DNA of 64,000 bases, from assembly GCA_964016885.1 (NCBI GenBank), contig OZ024740.1, positions 293,384,001 to 293,448,000 of the forward strand. Reading direction: 5' to 3'. The stretch is from Eledone cirrhosa. Its lineage: Eukaryota. The notes beneath the pieces were generated by a model, which saw only the letters and a list, made by a program, of their open reading frames with translations, was not told the origin of the DNA and ran no database searches. The position numbers and the translations under genes are program-made. Positions 24,473 through 36,249 of the stretch are shown one piece after another (position 1 is the stretch's first letter; each line of letters begins with the position of its first letter).

Positions 24473-25095
24473 TATGTTTACCGTACCAGAATATTTAGGT
24501 TTTTATAGAATTCATGTGAAGTTGAAGTAGAGAAGAAGGAGGGTGTGACAAAGACGAGAGAGATAGGGGGGTTTTTCATGGTTGTTGAGGTAAAACAGAG
24601 GGGAGGATAAAATACGATAATGAAGTCTAGATATGGACTAGTCCAACTGTGTGTGTGCTAGGGAGATGGTAGACGTTGATAGGTTTATGATCTATGATAG
24701 ATGGAGGCAGGGGAGATTAGGCCGAGTGACTTGTAAAGTATGTAGGAGGAGATATTGAATAGGGGAGGTGTGGTCAATAGAAGACATAGCAATAATCCGT
24801 GGGGACAGATAGAGGAGGTAGAAGGAAGATAGAGGAAAGCAGAAGTCGCAGGATCAAATTAAGCCAGGTTTGTATTTCGAGAACCAGGTTTGTAGTTCTA
24901 AACAATTTGATTTAATTTTCTGGTTAACTTTTCTGGAGAACTTTCTCGTATTCGTCGGTGGCGATTGTCAAACTGAGATCAGGTTGTGTTGTGATGTGTG
25001 ACTCTATCTATAAGAGAGATTTGGGTGTGTCTGTGAGTGGAGTGTTAATGAGTGTGGGAGTGCAGGTGTGTTGATGAAGATTTAAAGGAATTAAA

Positions 25096-25127
<32 letters not shown>

Positions 25128-25136
<9 letters not shown>

Positions 25137-25425
25137 AACAAAGTTCTTTCGTTGCACACCTGTAGACATACAATGCAACAGGAGGAAACATAATAGTACC
25201 ACTGATGATGTTGCAGATGTGCAACGAAAGAAGTTTGTTAGACTATATATATGTATTTATATCTGTATTTTTGACCGTTGGTCAGTCAGTGATAAACATT
25301 GATGGCCGAATGAATTAATTATGGATAAAAGATACAGAAGCGAAAACCAACCAAACAGTGAGTGTGTTCCGTACTTTTTTCTGGCAATATTATTACAATA
25401 TGACCCTCCCCAAGTATAACAATAT
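25128..25425 (+). mobile_element. Solo pLTR fragment of the 21.5-24.3 kb PLE family, with fold-back around its HHR
   Basis: HHR core 25202-25229: CTGATGA-t-gttgca(gatg)tgcaac-GAAA. 25130-25160 is an inverted copy of its 3' part; 25255-25425 matches 24098-24270. Confidence 0.75.
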
Positions 25426-25451
25426 ATATATATATATGTGTGTGCGTGTGC

Positions 25452-25512
<61 letters not shown>

Positions 25513-28363
25513 CACTCTGCCCGCAGGGGCTGTGGGGAGGCCACCAATATGATTGACTGACTTGTCATTTTATCAGTCAGATATTACATACTTATGCAAA
25601 TAACATGTACATAAGAGTCTTTGTTTTACTCTACGTTTCCTCTCGTTTACATACAGAAAATAGTGAATGGTAACAGCAAGATAATTTATTGGGAGTGGTG
25701 TTAGGGTGTTTAAGAAGCGTTTAAAAAATGGGTTGTAAACGTGCCCTTCTGCTGGTTCCATTTCAATAAATGACCTTTGATGACTATAATGGCAGGAAGT
25801 TTTTCAAATTCTTTTCTTATAGCTGAATCAACTCTCTTAAATCTATAAAGAAAACCTTCAACAATTTTCTATATTAAAGATGAATTTAGGTGTTCGTCTG
25901 GTGGTGGGGGTGTTAATAAGGTGTAAGATACAAATCTTTTGATAAAAATGGGATGACAGCAAAGAGAAAAATAAGGATATTTTTGGAATATTTGTCAGAA
26001 ATGTATGTTGCTGATATTGGTTTGGCACACGCACATACAGCTATGTACACACATATAAAGGTATATATACGCACTTCGTATACATAGGATGTAAAGAACA
26101 TGAGCGGGCAGACGTCAACCTCATGCTACAGTAGAAGATATTTATCCAATGTGACATACAAGGGAGTTGAACCTTGAATCACGAACTTTCTAAAAAAATA
26201 TCGTATAAAAATTGTTTCAGGGGAGATAATCAAGAAGAGTAATCTTTAAAAGTTATTTCCCTTTTTTCTTTTCTTTTAATTAAATCATATAATGTTTGCA
26301 ATGAAAACAAAAAAGAGATTGAGTATCGAAAGTAAAGGGAAGGGGAAGAGAGAAAAAAGACCTATCGCCTAACTATCTCTCTACTTCTCTAACGCCGTAT
26401 ATATCAGTTCATATATCTACCCCTTTGTATATCTATCTATCTATCTGTGATAGCTATGGCGAAAGAGTTTGTATGGTGGACAAGGTTGAAAGGGCTGAGG
26501 TCAGACACCTTTCTCTCCGGCCAACAACTGATTCTTTTTTCAAATACCACTTTGGAAGAAGAATCAGGATGGAGAGAGAGGTGCTGTACCCCAGCAAGTT
26601 TTATGAAAGGTGGGTGAAAGTGGCGAGAATGGCCCGAGTGAATGGGCCTTCTCTCTATATAAGCCTGTAGGTTGAGGAAAAGGAGGAGGAGAGGAAAGGA
26701 GTACAAACTCTTCGTACTCCTGGAGATAAGGGTTTCACATTTTTTCGGGGGTATGTATTACCCATATGAACTGTCTCCCCCTATTGGGGAAAATCGACTA
26801 ATTTTTTAAATTGCATTTGTGATAACATTTTACACGTTTTTATTGTATGTAAACTTCCCCCTTTGTATTTGTCCCCTTCTTTTGTGCCCCTGTGGCTAAT
26901 AAAGAAACATATCTATCTAGAGAGAGAGATAGAGAGAGAAAGAGGGAGAGAGGTCATGACATATATATATATATATAACCATACACAAACGTACATGACC
27001 ACATTACAGTATGGGCTGGATGATTTTGTGGGGGAGATGTGCGGGATTGGAGAGGTGGGACATGTGTGAGGGACAGAGTTGGAGGTGTATGTAATTGCCT
27101 TACTGCCTTGCTGATATATTTAATATAGGTATTTTGAAGTAAATGATTGTTTCTTTTGGCACAAGGCCAGCAATTGTCCCAGTGCATTACTGGTACTTTA
27201 TTTTATCGACCCTGTAAGGAGGAAAGGCAAAGTTAACCTCGGCAGGATTTGACATCATACGGTAAAGGGCCATAACTCTATGCTGCAAAACATGGCGTCC
27301 GATCCTCTACCATTACTGCCAATCCAAGTGCGTTTAAGGGGTTATTGTTACTTGCTTTCTCAAACTCTCAACAAAATACCATCAGTTATTTATGGTGTTG
27401 AGAAAAACTACATCCTGTGGGATGTATGTGAATGTACAGATATCCAAGAAAATAATAATAGCAAATGTTTCTTTCCCCTCCAACACACTCTCCCACAAGG
27501 AACCATTTAGCCATTTGAAAGCCAGTACTTAACTATTTTTAATGTCTGAAGTGTGTAATGGAGAAATCTCCCCTTTGCAGGATATCAATGTATCTAAGAA
27601 AACATTCCCAGTTGATCTAGTGCCGAATCTCAACAGCTATGTAAAGTGTGGTTATCTACAAGTAAGTGGGTGCAGACATAACTGTGTAGTTAATAAAATC
27701 ACTTCACAACCACATGGTTCCTGGCAGAGCAGGATTAAGTGTTGTTAAGGCCCTAACCACTCAGAAGATTATAGTGCACCTCCACACCCTCATATATAAA
27801 TGCTGCCAACATTTTTTTCCTGATTTTTATTAATGAAACACATTTGAATAAAATGGTGCCCCCTCTTTCCTTGATACCCTAAGTGTTTATTTTACTTAAT
27901 GCTTATATTTAATATTAGGTCAATCTTAACCAACAAGATTTCTGATGTTAAGCATTTCAGCCAGCACCATTTTGTTTTTGTCTTTAGTTTTTGTTATTCT
28001 TTTCAGACAATGTATATAGGATTACATTATCCAATATGTCTGCAATGGATTGGCAGAATCATTAGACAGTTGACTATAATGTCTTGTGGTTTTTAAGTAT
28101 GTCTCCTGATGCAGCGCCAGATAAAGTCTTTTTGCAGCTCTTAAAAGATTATGGCTCTCCTCACATATAACATCAGCATAAACAAAAGAAAATTATATAA
28201 TCTTTGGAATAACAAATACATTGGGTTTAACTAGAATTGTGTCACACTTCCCTTGATGCTTTTAGCATGTGTTTATTTTGTTTAACCCTTTTGCATTTAC
28301 ATTACTCTATATAAACTATTGTATTTTCATGGTAAACACTTTATTTCACAAAATTATCTCACA

Positions 28364-29450
28364 ATAACTAAGGTACCCAGCTATGCCCAGGAGAACAGTT
28401 AAGAGAAGACAGTTAAAAGAGAAAACGACTGTATTGAATGTGTTGTCTGGTATGAGGTGAGACTGTAATGTGTGTGTGTGTTAGAGAGATATAAAAAAAA
28501 AACAATCATAAAACTTCCTTATTAGGCTGGGGGAGTAAACTGCCGATTAAATGGTATCATTGGCCTTGGATTTTAAATGTTGTGAAATAACCATAGTCAG
28601 TATGATCTTTTTCAGCTCCAAAGGACGTCATCTGAAACACAGCAATATACTGCATAACATTGCTTCTGACGTGTTGCTTTGTTAGTAAAGTCTGTAAGTA
28701 GTATATGGATAAAAGCTGGAGGGCAGATTAATTTCAAATAATATTAATTTTTCTTTGTACTGTAAAATTAAAGACTGTTAAACCTTCAACTGATACTTTT
28801 GTGGTACAGCACTCCCTCTCTCTGAATATCTAACACTTTAATTATATCTCTCTCTGTATAATGGCCTATCTCTTTCTTTCTGCCTCTCCCTCTGAGTCTC
28901 TCTATCTTTAGATGTGTGTGATGTATTTGATGTATATGTATTTGTGATGTGTGTGATGTATTTGATGTATATGTATTTGTGATGTGTGTGATGTATTTGA
29001 TGTATATGTATTTGTATGTGTATTTGTATGGAGGCACATGGCTTAGTGGTTAGAGCATTGGCCTTGCAATCGAAAGGTTGTGAGTTCAATTCTCAGACTG
29101 GGTGATGTGTTGTTTCCTTGAGCAAGACACTTTATTTCACATTGCTCCAGTTTACTCAGCTATAGAAATGAGCTGATAGGGACTGGGGTCCCTATCATTC
29201 CACTGCAAAGTGGTCGTGGAGGTGCCACGAAAAAAAAAAGCACCCAGCACTCACTGTAAATGAGGTTGGTGTTAGGAAGGGCATCCAGCTGTAGAAATCA
29301 AGCCAGAATCAGTTCCCGTCCCACCCTTGCAAGCAGGGAAAAGTGGACATAAAATGAAATGATGATGAATGATGAGGGTGATGATGTGTGTGCAGTTTTT
29401 GTGTTATTCAACCAACCAATAAACATATTTTTTTTATATTATATATAGAT
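28364..29450 (+). mobile_element. Helentron-like element (family of 3572-3899) with a nested SINE2
   Basis: actaaggtacccagctatgcccagg...gagaagacag...gactgtattg matches the reverse complement of 3770-3897. Ends in tatattatatatagat. Confidence 0.5.
29029..29385 (+). mobile_element. SINE family 2 (tRNA head, CORE-like body, RTE-LINE 3' tail, (ATG)n)
   Basis: ggaggcacatggcttagtggttagagc...gagttcaattc...gttaggaagggcatccagctgtagaaa...gatgatg. Copies at 33785-34115(-), 35600-35975(-), 36000-36212(-), 52999-53385(+). Confidence 0.88.
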
Positions 29451-30106
29451 AATATTTAATCTATGAGATTTTGATATTATTTATTTTGAAAACAATACCA
29501 TAACATAAGTATGAGCAGCCGGTTATGGCCAGTTTGAACAAAAAGAGGTGAAAGAATTCTGGCCAGATGCGGCTGGTTTAAATGTTAAAGGGCTAAGGGC
29601 TAATCCAATCCTGGTTCCAGATCTAATCCAACTTCACAGACAGGGGCCTTCTATTATTGCAACAGGCTGATCAATAGTTTGTGAGTAATCAGGAGAGTTG
29701 AGAGTGTACAAAAGTATGTTATATGTATGTGTATATGTGAGTGTGTATGTGTGTTAGCATGCAAGAAAGAAAAAGAGAGGGTGTGAGTGTGTGTGGATGT
29801 GTGCATTTATGTATGAAGTTGTGTGTTTTTGCATAAATATGATACATTTATATATATATATATGTGTGTGTGCGTGTGTTTATGTGTGTGTGTGTGTGTG
29901 TGAGTATGTGTGTGTCTTTAGTAAGGCTAAGCAGGATCATAACACTACATTCTTGTCTATTAGTTCCATAGTAACAAAGCCCACACCCTAGCCACAATAA
30001 ATGAATATTGTGATCACGCTTAGACACTGAAATTACACACACACATACACACATACATAGATACATATATATATATATATATACACATACATATATATAT
30101 ATATAT

Positions 30107-30320
30107 AACGAAATATTTTACTTTGTGTGAAATTAATTAATAAATAAATAAACTAATACCTTAACACTTCACACAAAGTAAAATATTTGTGTGAAATTAA
30201 TTAATAAATAAATCAACTAATACCTTAACACTTCACACAAAGTAAAATATTTGTGTGAAATTAATTAATAAATAAATCAACTAATACCTTAACACTTCAC
30301 ACAAAGTAAAATATTTCGTT
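30107..30320. repeat. Three tandem units of about 64 bp bounded by 25-bp inverted termini
   Basis: Unit aaatatttgtgtgaaattaattaataaataaatcaactaataccttaacacttcacacaaagta; termini aacgaaatattttactttgtgtgaa / ttcacacaaagtaaaatatttcgtt. Confidence 0.85.
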
Positions 30321-30431
30321 TTAATCATTTTCTAACCAGAAAAAAGAGAGAAAAAAATAAAAAGGAAGAAAAAATATTTTTCTTCCTAATAATCATCTTT
30401 TTCTCCCTGTTTTCATATATATATATATACA

Positions 30432-31172
30432 TTTGAGGGACATACGACTCGGTTTGGATACTCCTGTCGCCCGTCATTTCTGTTCTCCTGGTCATTCTTC
30501 CCTACATGTTTCAGTCCTGGGTGTCCTTTTACATCATGGATCACAGGCCTCGCGCACCAGGACTGAACAAAGTCTGATTCACCGCCTTGGATCCTATTCC
30601 TCTCTTGGACTCAACTCACCTCCCCAATTTCTCTAATACCCGTCCATTATCACACACCTTGATTCCTATTGCTTTCTCTTGATCATTAGCAGCTTCTCTT
30701 ACTACTAATACATGCCGATACACACCCTTATATGAACATACTTTTGCTCATAGCTTCTTCGTACTTACATGCACACACTCTTTTACACACACATTTCTTC
30801 TTAGCTTCGTACAGACCTATAATAACACACATACACACACTAACTCATGCTTACGCATGTGTTCAAGTATAGCTCTTTTTACAAAACGTTTTTTTTTCCC
30901 ATTTCAGGTAGATGCCTGCCATCATCCACTTTTCTAAAAAAAACAAATCGTACACAAAACGCCAGCACCAACAGTTTTGTTATTTTTATCTAAAGACATT
31001 TTTTCCAATTCCAACCCGCCCGTCCCCTCAATCTATTTTATTTCTCATTCTTTCTTCTGATGAAGGACTAGCGTCCGAAACATTAAGACTCTCTTCCTGC
31101 TATATCAAGCGTTAACCTAATATATACCTTCCATATACTGTACCGATTGTGTTGTTATTTCTGTTTACCTTT

Positions 31173-31175
<3 letters not shown>
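30432..31175 (+). mobile_element. PLE 3' end (same family as 18994-20545) with HHR at 31054-31087
   Basis: RDIRLGLDTPVARHF...TEQSLIHRLGSYSSLGLN; HHR ctt-CTGATGA-a-ggac(tagc)gtcc-GAAA-c. Confidence 0.85.
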
Positions 31176-31204
<29 letters not shown>

Positions 31205-31209
31205 CGTCT

Positions 31210-31990
31210 CTTCTTCACCCACTTATTTCTGGGAGGATTGTCAGGGCAGAAACCTCAAGCACGCCTTCCAGCAGGTCCTGTCAGAAACAACCATCGCCAA
31301 TTGATCCAGTTGGATCCCCAAGCGTGACCAACTGAGCTCATGAATGTTATCAAACCATCCAGTGTGTCCTCTCAGAAGCAACGTCTCCAACTGATCCGAC
31401 TGGATCCCCAAGTGAGAACGGCCCAACTCATGGATGTTATCCAATTATCTTGCTCAGGGTCTACTCCTGGGTCTCCTGCCAGTTGGTTTTTCCAGTAAAA
31501 TCTGTCCATCGATTTTTTCCTGACATTCTAACCACATGTCCATAATATCAGAGCTCTGATCTCTCAATTCTGAGAAGTAGTAGTTCTACTTGGAGCAACT
31601 CTCTGATCTCAGAGCTATGCACTCTATTGAGTAACGTTATTCAAGAGACCCTTCTGAGGAACCCCATTTCAGCTGCTTGTTTTTTGTGATTGCATTCCTT
31701 TGGTCATTACCCAAGTTTCATGGCACAAATACTGCGTTGAAGATAACAAGTTTGACTTTTACACCTACCTCCCTTCTTTTGATTACCTAATGCTGAAGCT
31801 GGTACATTACTGCACCAGCTCCTGCAATTCTTGCATTTAATTCAGACTTCTCCTTTCATCACTTGTGCATGTGACCCTGAGATACTTGAACTTTTCCACC
31901 TGCTTCAGTGGAACTCCATTCACATGTAGAGTGCACTGCACAGTCTTCACAGCACTGGTTATCATTCCTGCTGTGCAGCACTATGCACCA
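31210..31990 (-). mobile_element. RTE LINE family B, degenerate RT C-terminus
   Basis: Minus strand QVEKFKYL...QAAEMGFLRRV...YYGHVVRM motifs. Confidence 0.75.
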
Positions 31991-32018
31991 AGCCTATGTA
32001 TATATCTGTGTGTATGCA

Positions 32019-32052
<34 letters not shown>

Positions 32053-32150
32053 CAGGGTGTCCCCCAAAAATCTATACACACTTTGATTACCTCTACAGGC
32101 AATATTTATTAGAATGCTGTTGAAGTGTGTATACATTTTTTGGGGACATC

Positions 32151-32153
<3 letters not shown>
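32053..32153. mobile_element. Tc1/mariner-type MITE (101 bp)
   Basis: TA|CAGGGTGTCCCCCAAAAA...TTTTTTGGGGACATCCTG|TA. Confidence 0.85.
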
Positions 32154-32196
<43 letters not shown>

Positions 32197-32451
32197 CCAA
32201 GAGATGGCAACATGAATGGACCTGTTATTTTTCTCTAAAAACATTTTTTTCCAATTCCACCCTGCCTGTCCCTTCAATCTTTCTAATTTCTCATTCCTTC
32301 TGCCGATGAAGGTAAACAATTTGAAGACCCTCTTCCTGCTATTTCAAGTCTTAACCTAATATATCCCTTCCATATAATGTATCAATTGTGTTGTTATTTC
32401 TGTTTACCTTTTATATATATATATAATTTAAATTACAATATATATTTATAT

Positions 32452-32985
32452 ATAGAGAGAGAAAAAGAGCCATATGTCATTTGAGAAACACAGTATTTTG
32501 TACATATATAAAGCACATAATATTTTGAGTATATAACTGCTCTAAATTCTTAATTTGTTGAGCTGCTTTTAGTGTGACTAGTACTTTCTACCTATTTCTA
32601 GCGGATATGACATCCAATCCTGCTCATATCTGCTGCCACAGTTAAAACATTCTCACATTATACAATCTATCGTTTGGGCCTAATTCTCAGATCTCGACAT
32701 ATAAGAGTATTTTGTACACTATACTCTATTGGAACTTATCCAAAGACAAATTCCTCTGATGATTGATTCAATTCTCCCATAACTTTACCAAAATCAATAG
32801 TTGGAGATTGATGATCGATTGCTTCGATTGATTTTTGTTATGGTTTACGAACTATGAAATGGTTCCATAAGGAAAGAAGAACTTTTCCATTTCAATGTAC
32901 ATATTTTTTCAAAAATATTATGTGCTTTATATATGTACAAGATACTGTGTTTCTCAAATGATATATGGCTCTTTCTTTCTCTACA
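32452..32985. repeat. About 75-bp inverted repeat pair, probable PLE-type fold-back
   Basis: aaagagccatatgtcatttgagaaacacagtattttgtacatatataaagcacataatatttt and its reverse complement at about 32911-32983. Confidence 0.7.
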
Positions 32986-33115
32986 TATATGCGTATATCT
33001 TTTAATGTGAATTATTGATGCTCTGGGCAAATGTCCATTGAGCTTTTCTACTGAGAAACATAAACATTATCCATATTATATATGTTGTGATACCTTAAAT
33101 CAGTATATATATATA

Positions 33116-33767
33116 TAGAAATAAGAGGGATCAGATGTTGTCTACTCGAGAGAAGGCTACGTTGGTATGGTCACGTGATGCGCATGAAAGACGACAGCTG
33201 TATAACAAAGTGCAGGGCAATAAAGATAGACGGTAGCCACGGAGTAGGCAGACCCAGAAAAACCTGGGACGAGCTGATAAATTCCGACCTCACACACTTA
33301 CACCTCGCCAAGACAATGTCACTAGACCGAGACCTTTGGCGGTACTCAGTAATAGAGAAGACACGCCTTACCTAAATACAAAGTAAAACCTACTACAGTC
33401 AGTAGGCAGCTCTAACAAAATACACCCCCGTCCCACCACCCGCACCCCATCCACACCGCCCCTTTGAATGTAAAGTTACGTTGGTGCCACAACATCCAGG
33501 CCGAAACAAATGAGATCGTGTAGGTGTCACGACAAAAAAACACACAGTCCACGCTGTAATATGGCCGTGTAGGCAACACGGTAAAAACCTCCCAGCCCCA
33601 CACTGTAAATGTGGTTGGTGTTAGGAAGGGCATCCAGCTGTAGAAAACCTGCCAGACAGTCCTATGCGAGCAAGACAATCACTCTTACCTCAAGTGGGAA
33701 AACTCCCGTTCAAACCCATGCAAGCGTGGAACACGGACGTTAAACGTTGATGATGATGATGATGATA
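33116..33767 (+). mobile_element. RTE LINE family A, 5'-truncated
   Basis: RLRWYGHVMRM...GRPRKTWDE; 3' UTR and (GAT)n tail; 5' end in (TA)n. Confidence 0.92.
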
Positions 33768-34164
33768 TCATCATCATCATCATCATCGTCATTTACGTCC
33801 GCTTTTTCCCTGCTTGCAAGGGTGGGACGGGAACTGATTCTGGCTTGATTTCTACAGCTGGATGCCCTTCCTAACACCAACCTCAGTTACAGTGAGTGCT
33901 GGGTGCTTTTTTGCCGTGGCACCTCCACGACCACTTTGCAGTGGAATGATAGGGATCCCAGTCCCTTTCATCTCATTTCTACAGCTGAGTAAACTGGAAC
34001 AATGTGAAATAAAGTGTCTTGCTCAAGGAAACAACACATCACCCGGTCTGAGAATTGAACTCACAACCTTTCGATTGCAAGGCCACTGCTCTAACCACTA
34101 AGCCATGTGCCTCCATGAATTAAATGAAGTAGATGAAATGAAATTATATATATATATATATATG

Positions 34165-35573
34165 TTCTTAGCCCCCTACTATTTATTATTACCCTCCAGG
34201 CTATAACAGTGAAGTTCAAGACCGGCTGCCCATGGGAACTCCTATACGCAGATGATCTAACGCTCATAGCTGAATCAATGGCCGAGCTAGAGAAGAAATT
34301 CCAAACATCAAAAGGCCTTAAAATTAACCTGGCTAAGACTAAAGTTCTAGTTTGTAAGAAAGAAAATAAGGCGGCGGTCTCCTCCGGGAAGTGGCCATGC
34401 ACAGAGTGTAGGAAAGGCGTAGGTAGAAACTCCATTTTGTGTCCCAAATGCAAAGTTTGGGTGCATAAAAGATGTAGTGGGATCACAGCTAAGCTAACTA
34501 AGAACATAGATTTTACATGTGGCCGGTATTCTGGCGCAATAAGTAGCAGCAAGTGCCCACAAAATACTAGCTCTTTCAACTGCGCAGAGGGTTCTATAGA
34601 AATAGTGGACAGCTTCCGTTACCTGGGTGACAAAATCAGCAGTGGGGGAGGGTGCTCTGAAAGTACAGTAGCTAGAGTCAGAACTGGATGGAAAAAGTTC
34701 AGAGAGCTTATACCACTATTAGCCGCTAAAGGGTTCTCCCTAAAAATGAAAGGCAGGTTGTACGATGCCTGCATACGAACAGCAATGTTGCATGGCAGTG
34801 AGACCTGGGCATTGTGTGCAGAGGATATACGCAGACTAGAGAGGAACGAAGCTTGCATGCTCCGCTGGATGTGTAATAGTAATATACGTGAATGACAAAT
34901 GACGAACTAAGGAAAAAATTAGAAATAAGAGGGATCAGATGTTGTCTACTCGAGAGAAGGCTACGTTGGTATGGTCACGTGATGCGCATGAAGGACGATA
35001 GCTGTATAACAAAGTGCAGGGCAATAAAGATAGACGGTAGCCACGGAATAGGCAGACCCAGAAAAACCTGGGACGAGCTGATAAACTCCGACCTCACACA
35101 CTTACACCTCACCAAGACAATGTCACTGGACCGAGACCTTTGGCAGTACTCAGTAATAGAGAAGACCCGCCTTACCTAAATACAAAGTAAAACCTACTAC
35201 AGTCAGTAGGCATCTCTAACAAAATACACCCCCGTCCCACCACCCCCACCCCATCCACACCGCCCCCTTCTATGTAAAGTTATGTTGGTGCCACACCATC
35301 CAGGCCGAAACAAATGAGATCGTGTAGGTGTCACGACAAAAAAACACACAGTCCACGCTGTAATGTGGCCGTGTAGGCAACACGGTAAACACCTCCCAGA
35401 CCCACACTGTAAATGTGGTTGGTGTTAGGAAGGGCATCCAACTGTAGAAAACCTGCCAGACAGTCCTATGCGAGCAAGACAATCACTCTTGCCTCAAGTG
35501 GGAAAACCCCCGTCCAAACCCATGCAAGCGTGGAACACGGACGTTAAACGTTGATGATGATGATGATGATGAT
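34165..35573 (+). mobile_element. RTE LINE family A, 5'-truncated (RT with PHD-like zinc finger)
   Basis: ELLYADDL...KINLAKTK...FRYLG...GSETW...LRWYGHV; stop and deletion near 34893; (GAT)n tail. Confidence 0.93.
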
Positions 35574-36249
35574 ATATATATAATCATCATCATCATCATC
35601 ATTTTACGTCCGTACTTCCTTGCTGGCAAGGGTGGGACAGGAACTGATTCTGGCTCGATTTCTACAGCTGGATGCCCTTCCTAACACCAACCTCATTTAC
35701 AGTGAGTGCTGGGTGCTTTTTTTTTCTGTGGCACCTACACGTCCACTTTACAGTGTGGGCTGGGTGCTTTTTTGCCGTGGCACCTACACATCCACTTTAC
35801 AGTGGAATGATAGGGACCTCAGTCCTATCATCTCATTTCTCCAGCTGAGTAAACTGGAGCAATGTGAAATAAAGTGTCTTGCTCAAGGAAACAACACATC
35901 ACCCGGTCTGAGAATTGAACTCACAACCTTTCGATTGCAAGGCCAATGCTCTAACCACTAAGCCATGTGCCTCCATATATATATATCATCATTCATCATC
36001 ATTTCATTTTCCGTCCGCTTTTCCCTGCTTGCAAGGGTGGGACGGGAACTGATTCTGGCTTGATTTCTACAGCTGGATGCCCTTCCTAACACCAACCTCA
36101 TTTACAGTGAGTGCTGGGTGCTTTTTTGCCGTGGCACCTACACGACCACTTTGCAGTGGAATGATAGGGACCCCAGTCCCTATCATCTCATTTCTACAGC
36201 TGAGTAAACTGAGTAAATATATATATGATGATGATGATGATAATGATGA

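Noticed and set aside
25700-25950. Possible minus-strand coding remnant (IVEGFLYRFKRVDSAIRKEFEKL)
   Set aside because: It has in-frame stops, no splice context, and only vague similarity to PLE domains.
29029-29105. tRNA gene
   Set aside because: A and B boxes are present, but there is no full cloverleaf and it continues into a multi-copy SINE body.
32755-32830. CTGATGA followed by a long stem
   Set aside because: No GAAA or NUH half follows the stem.
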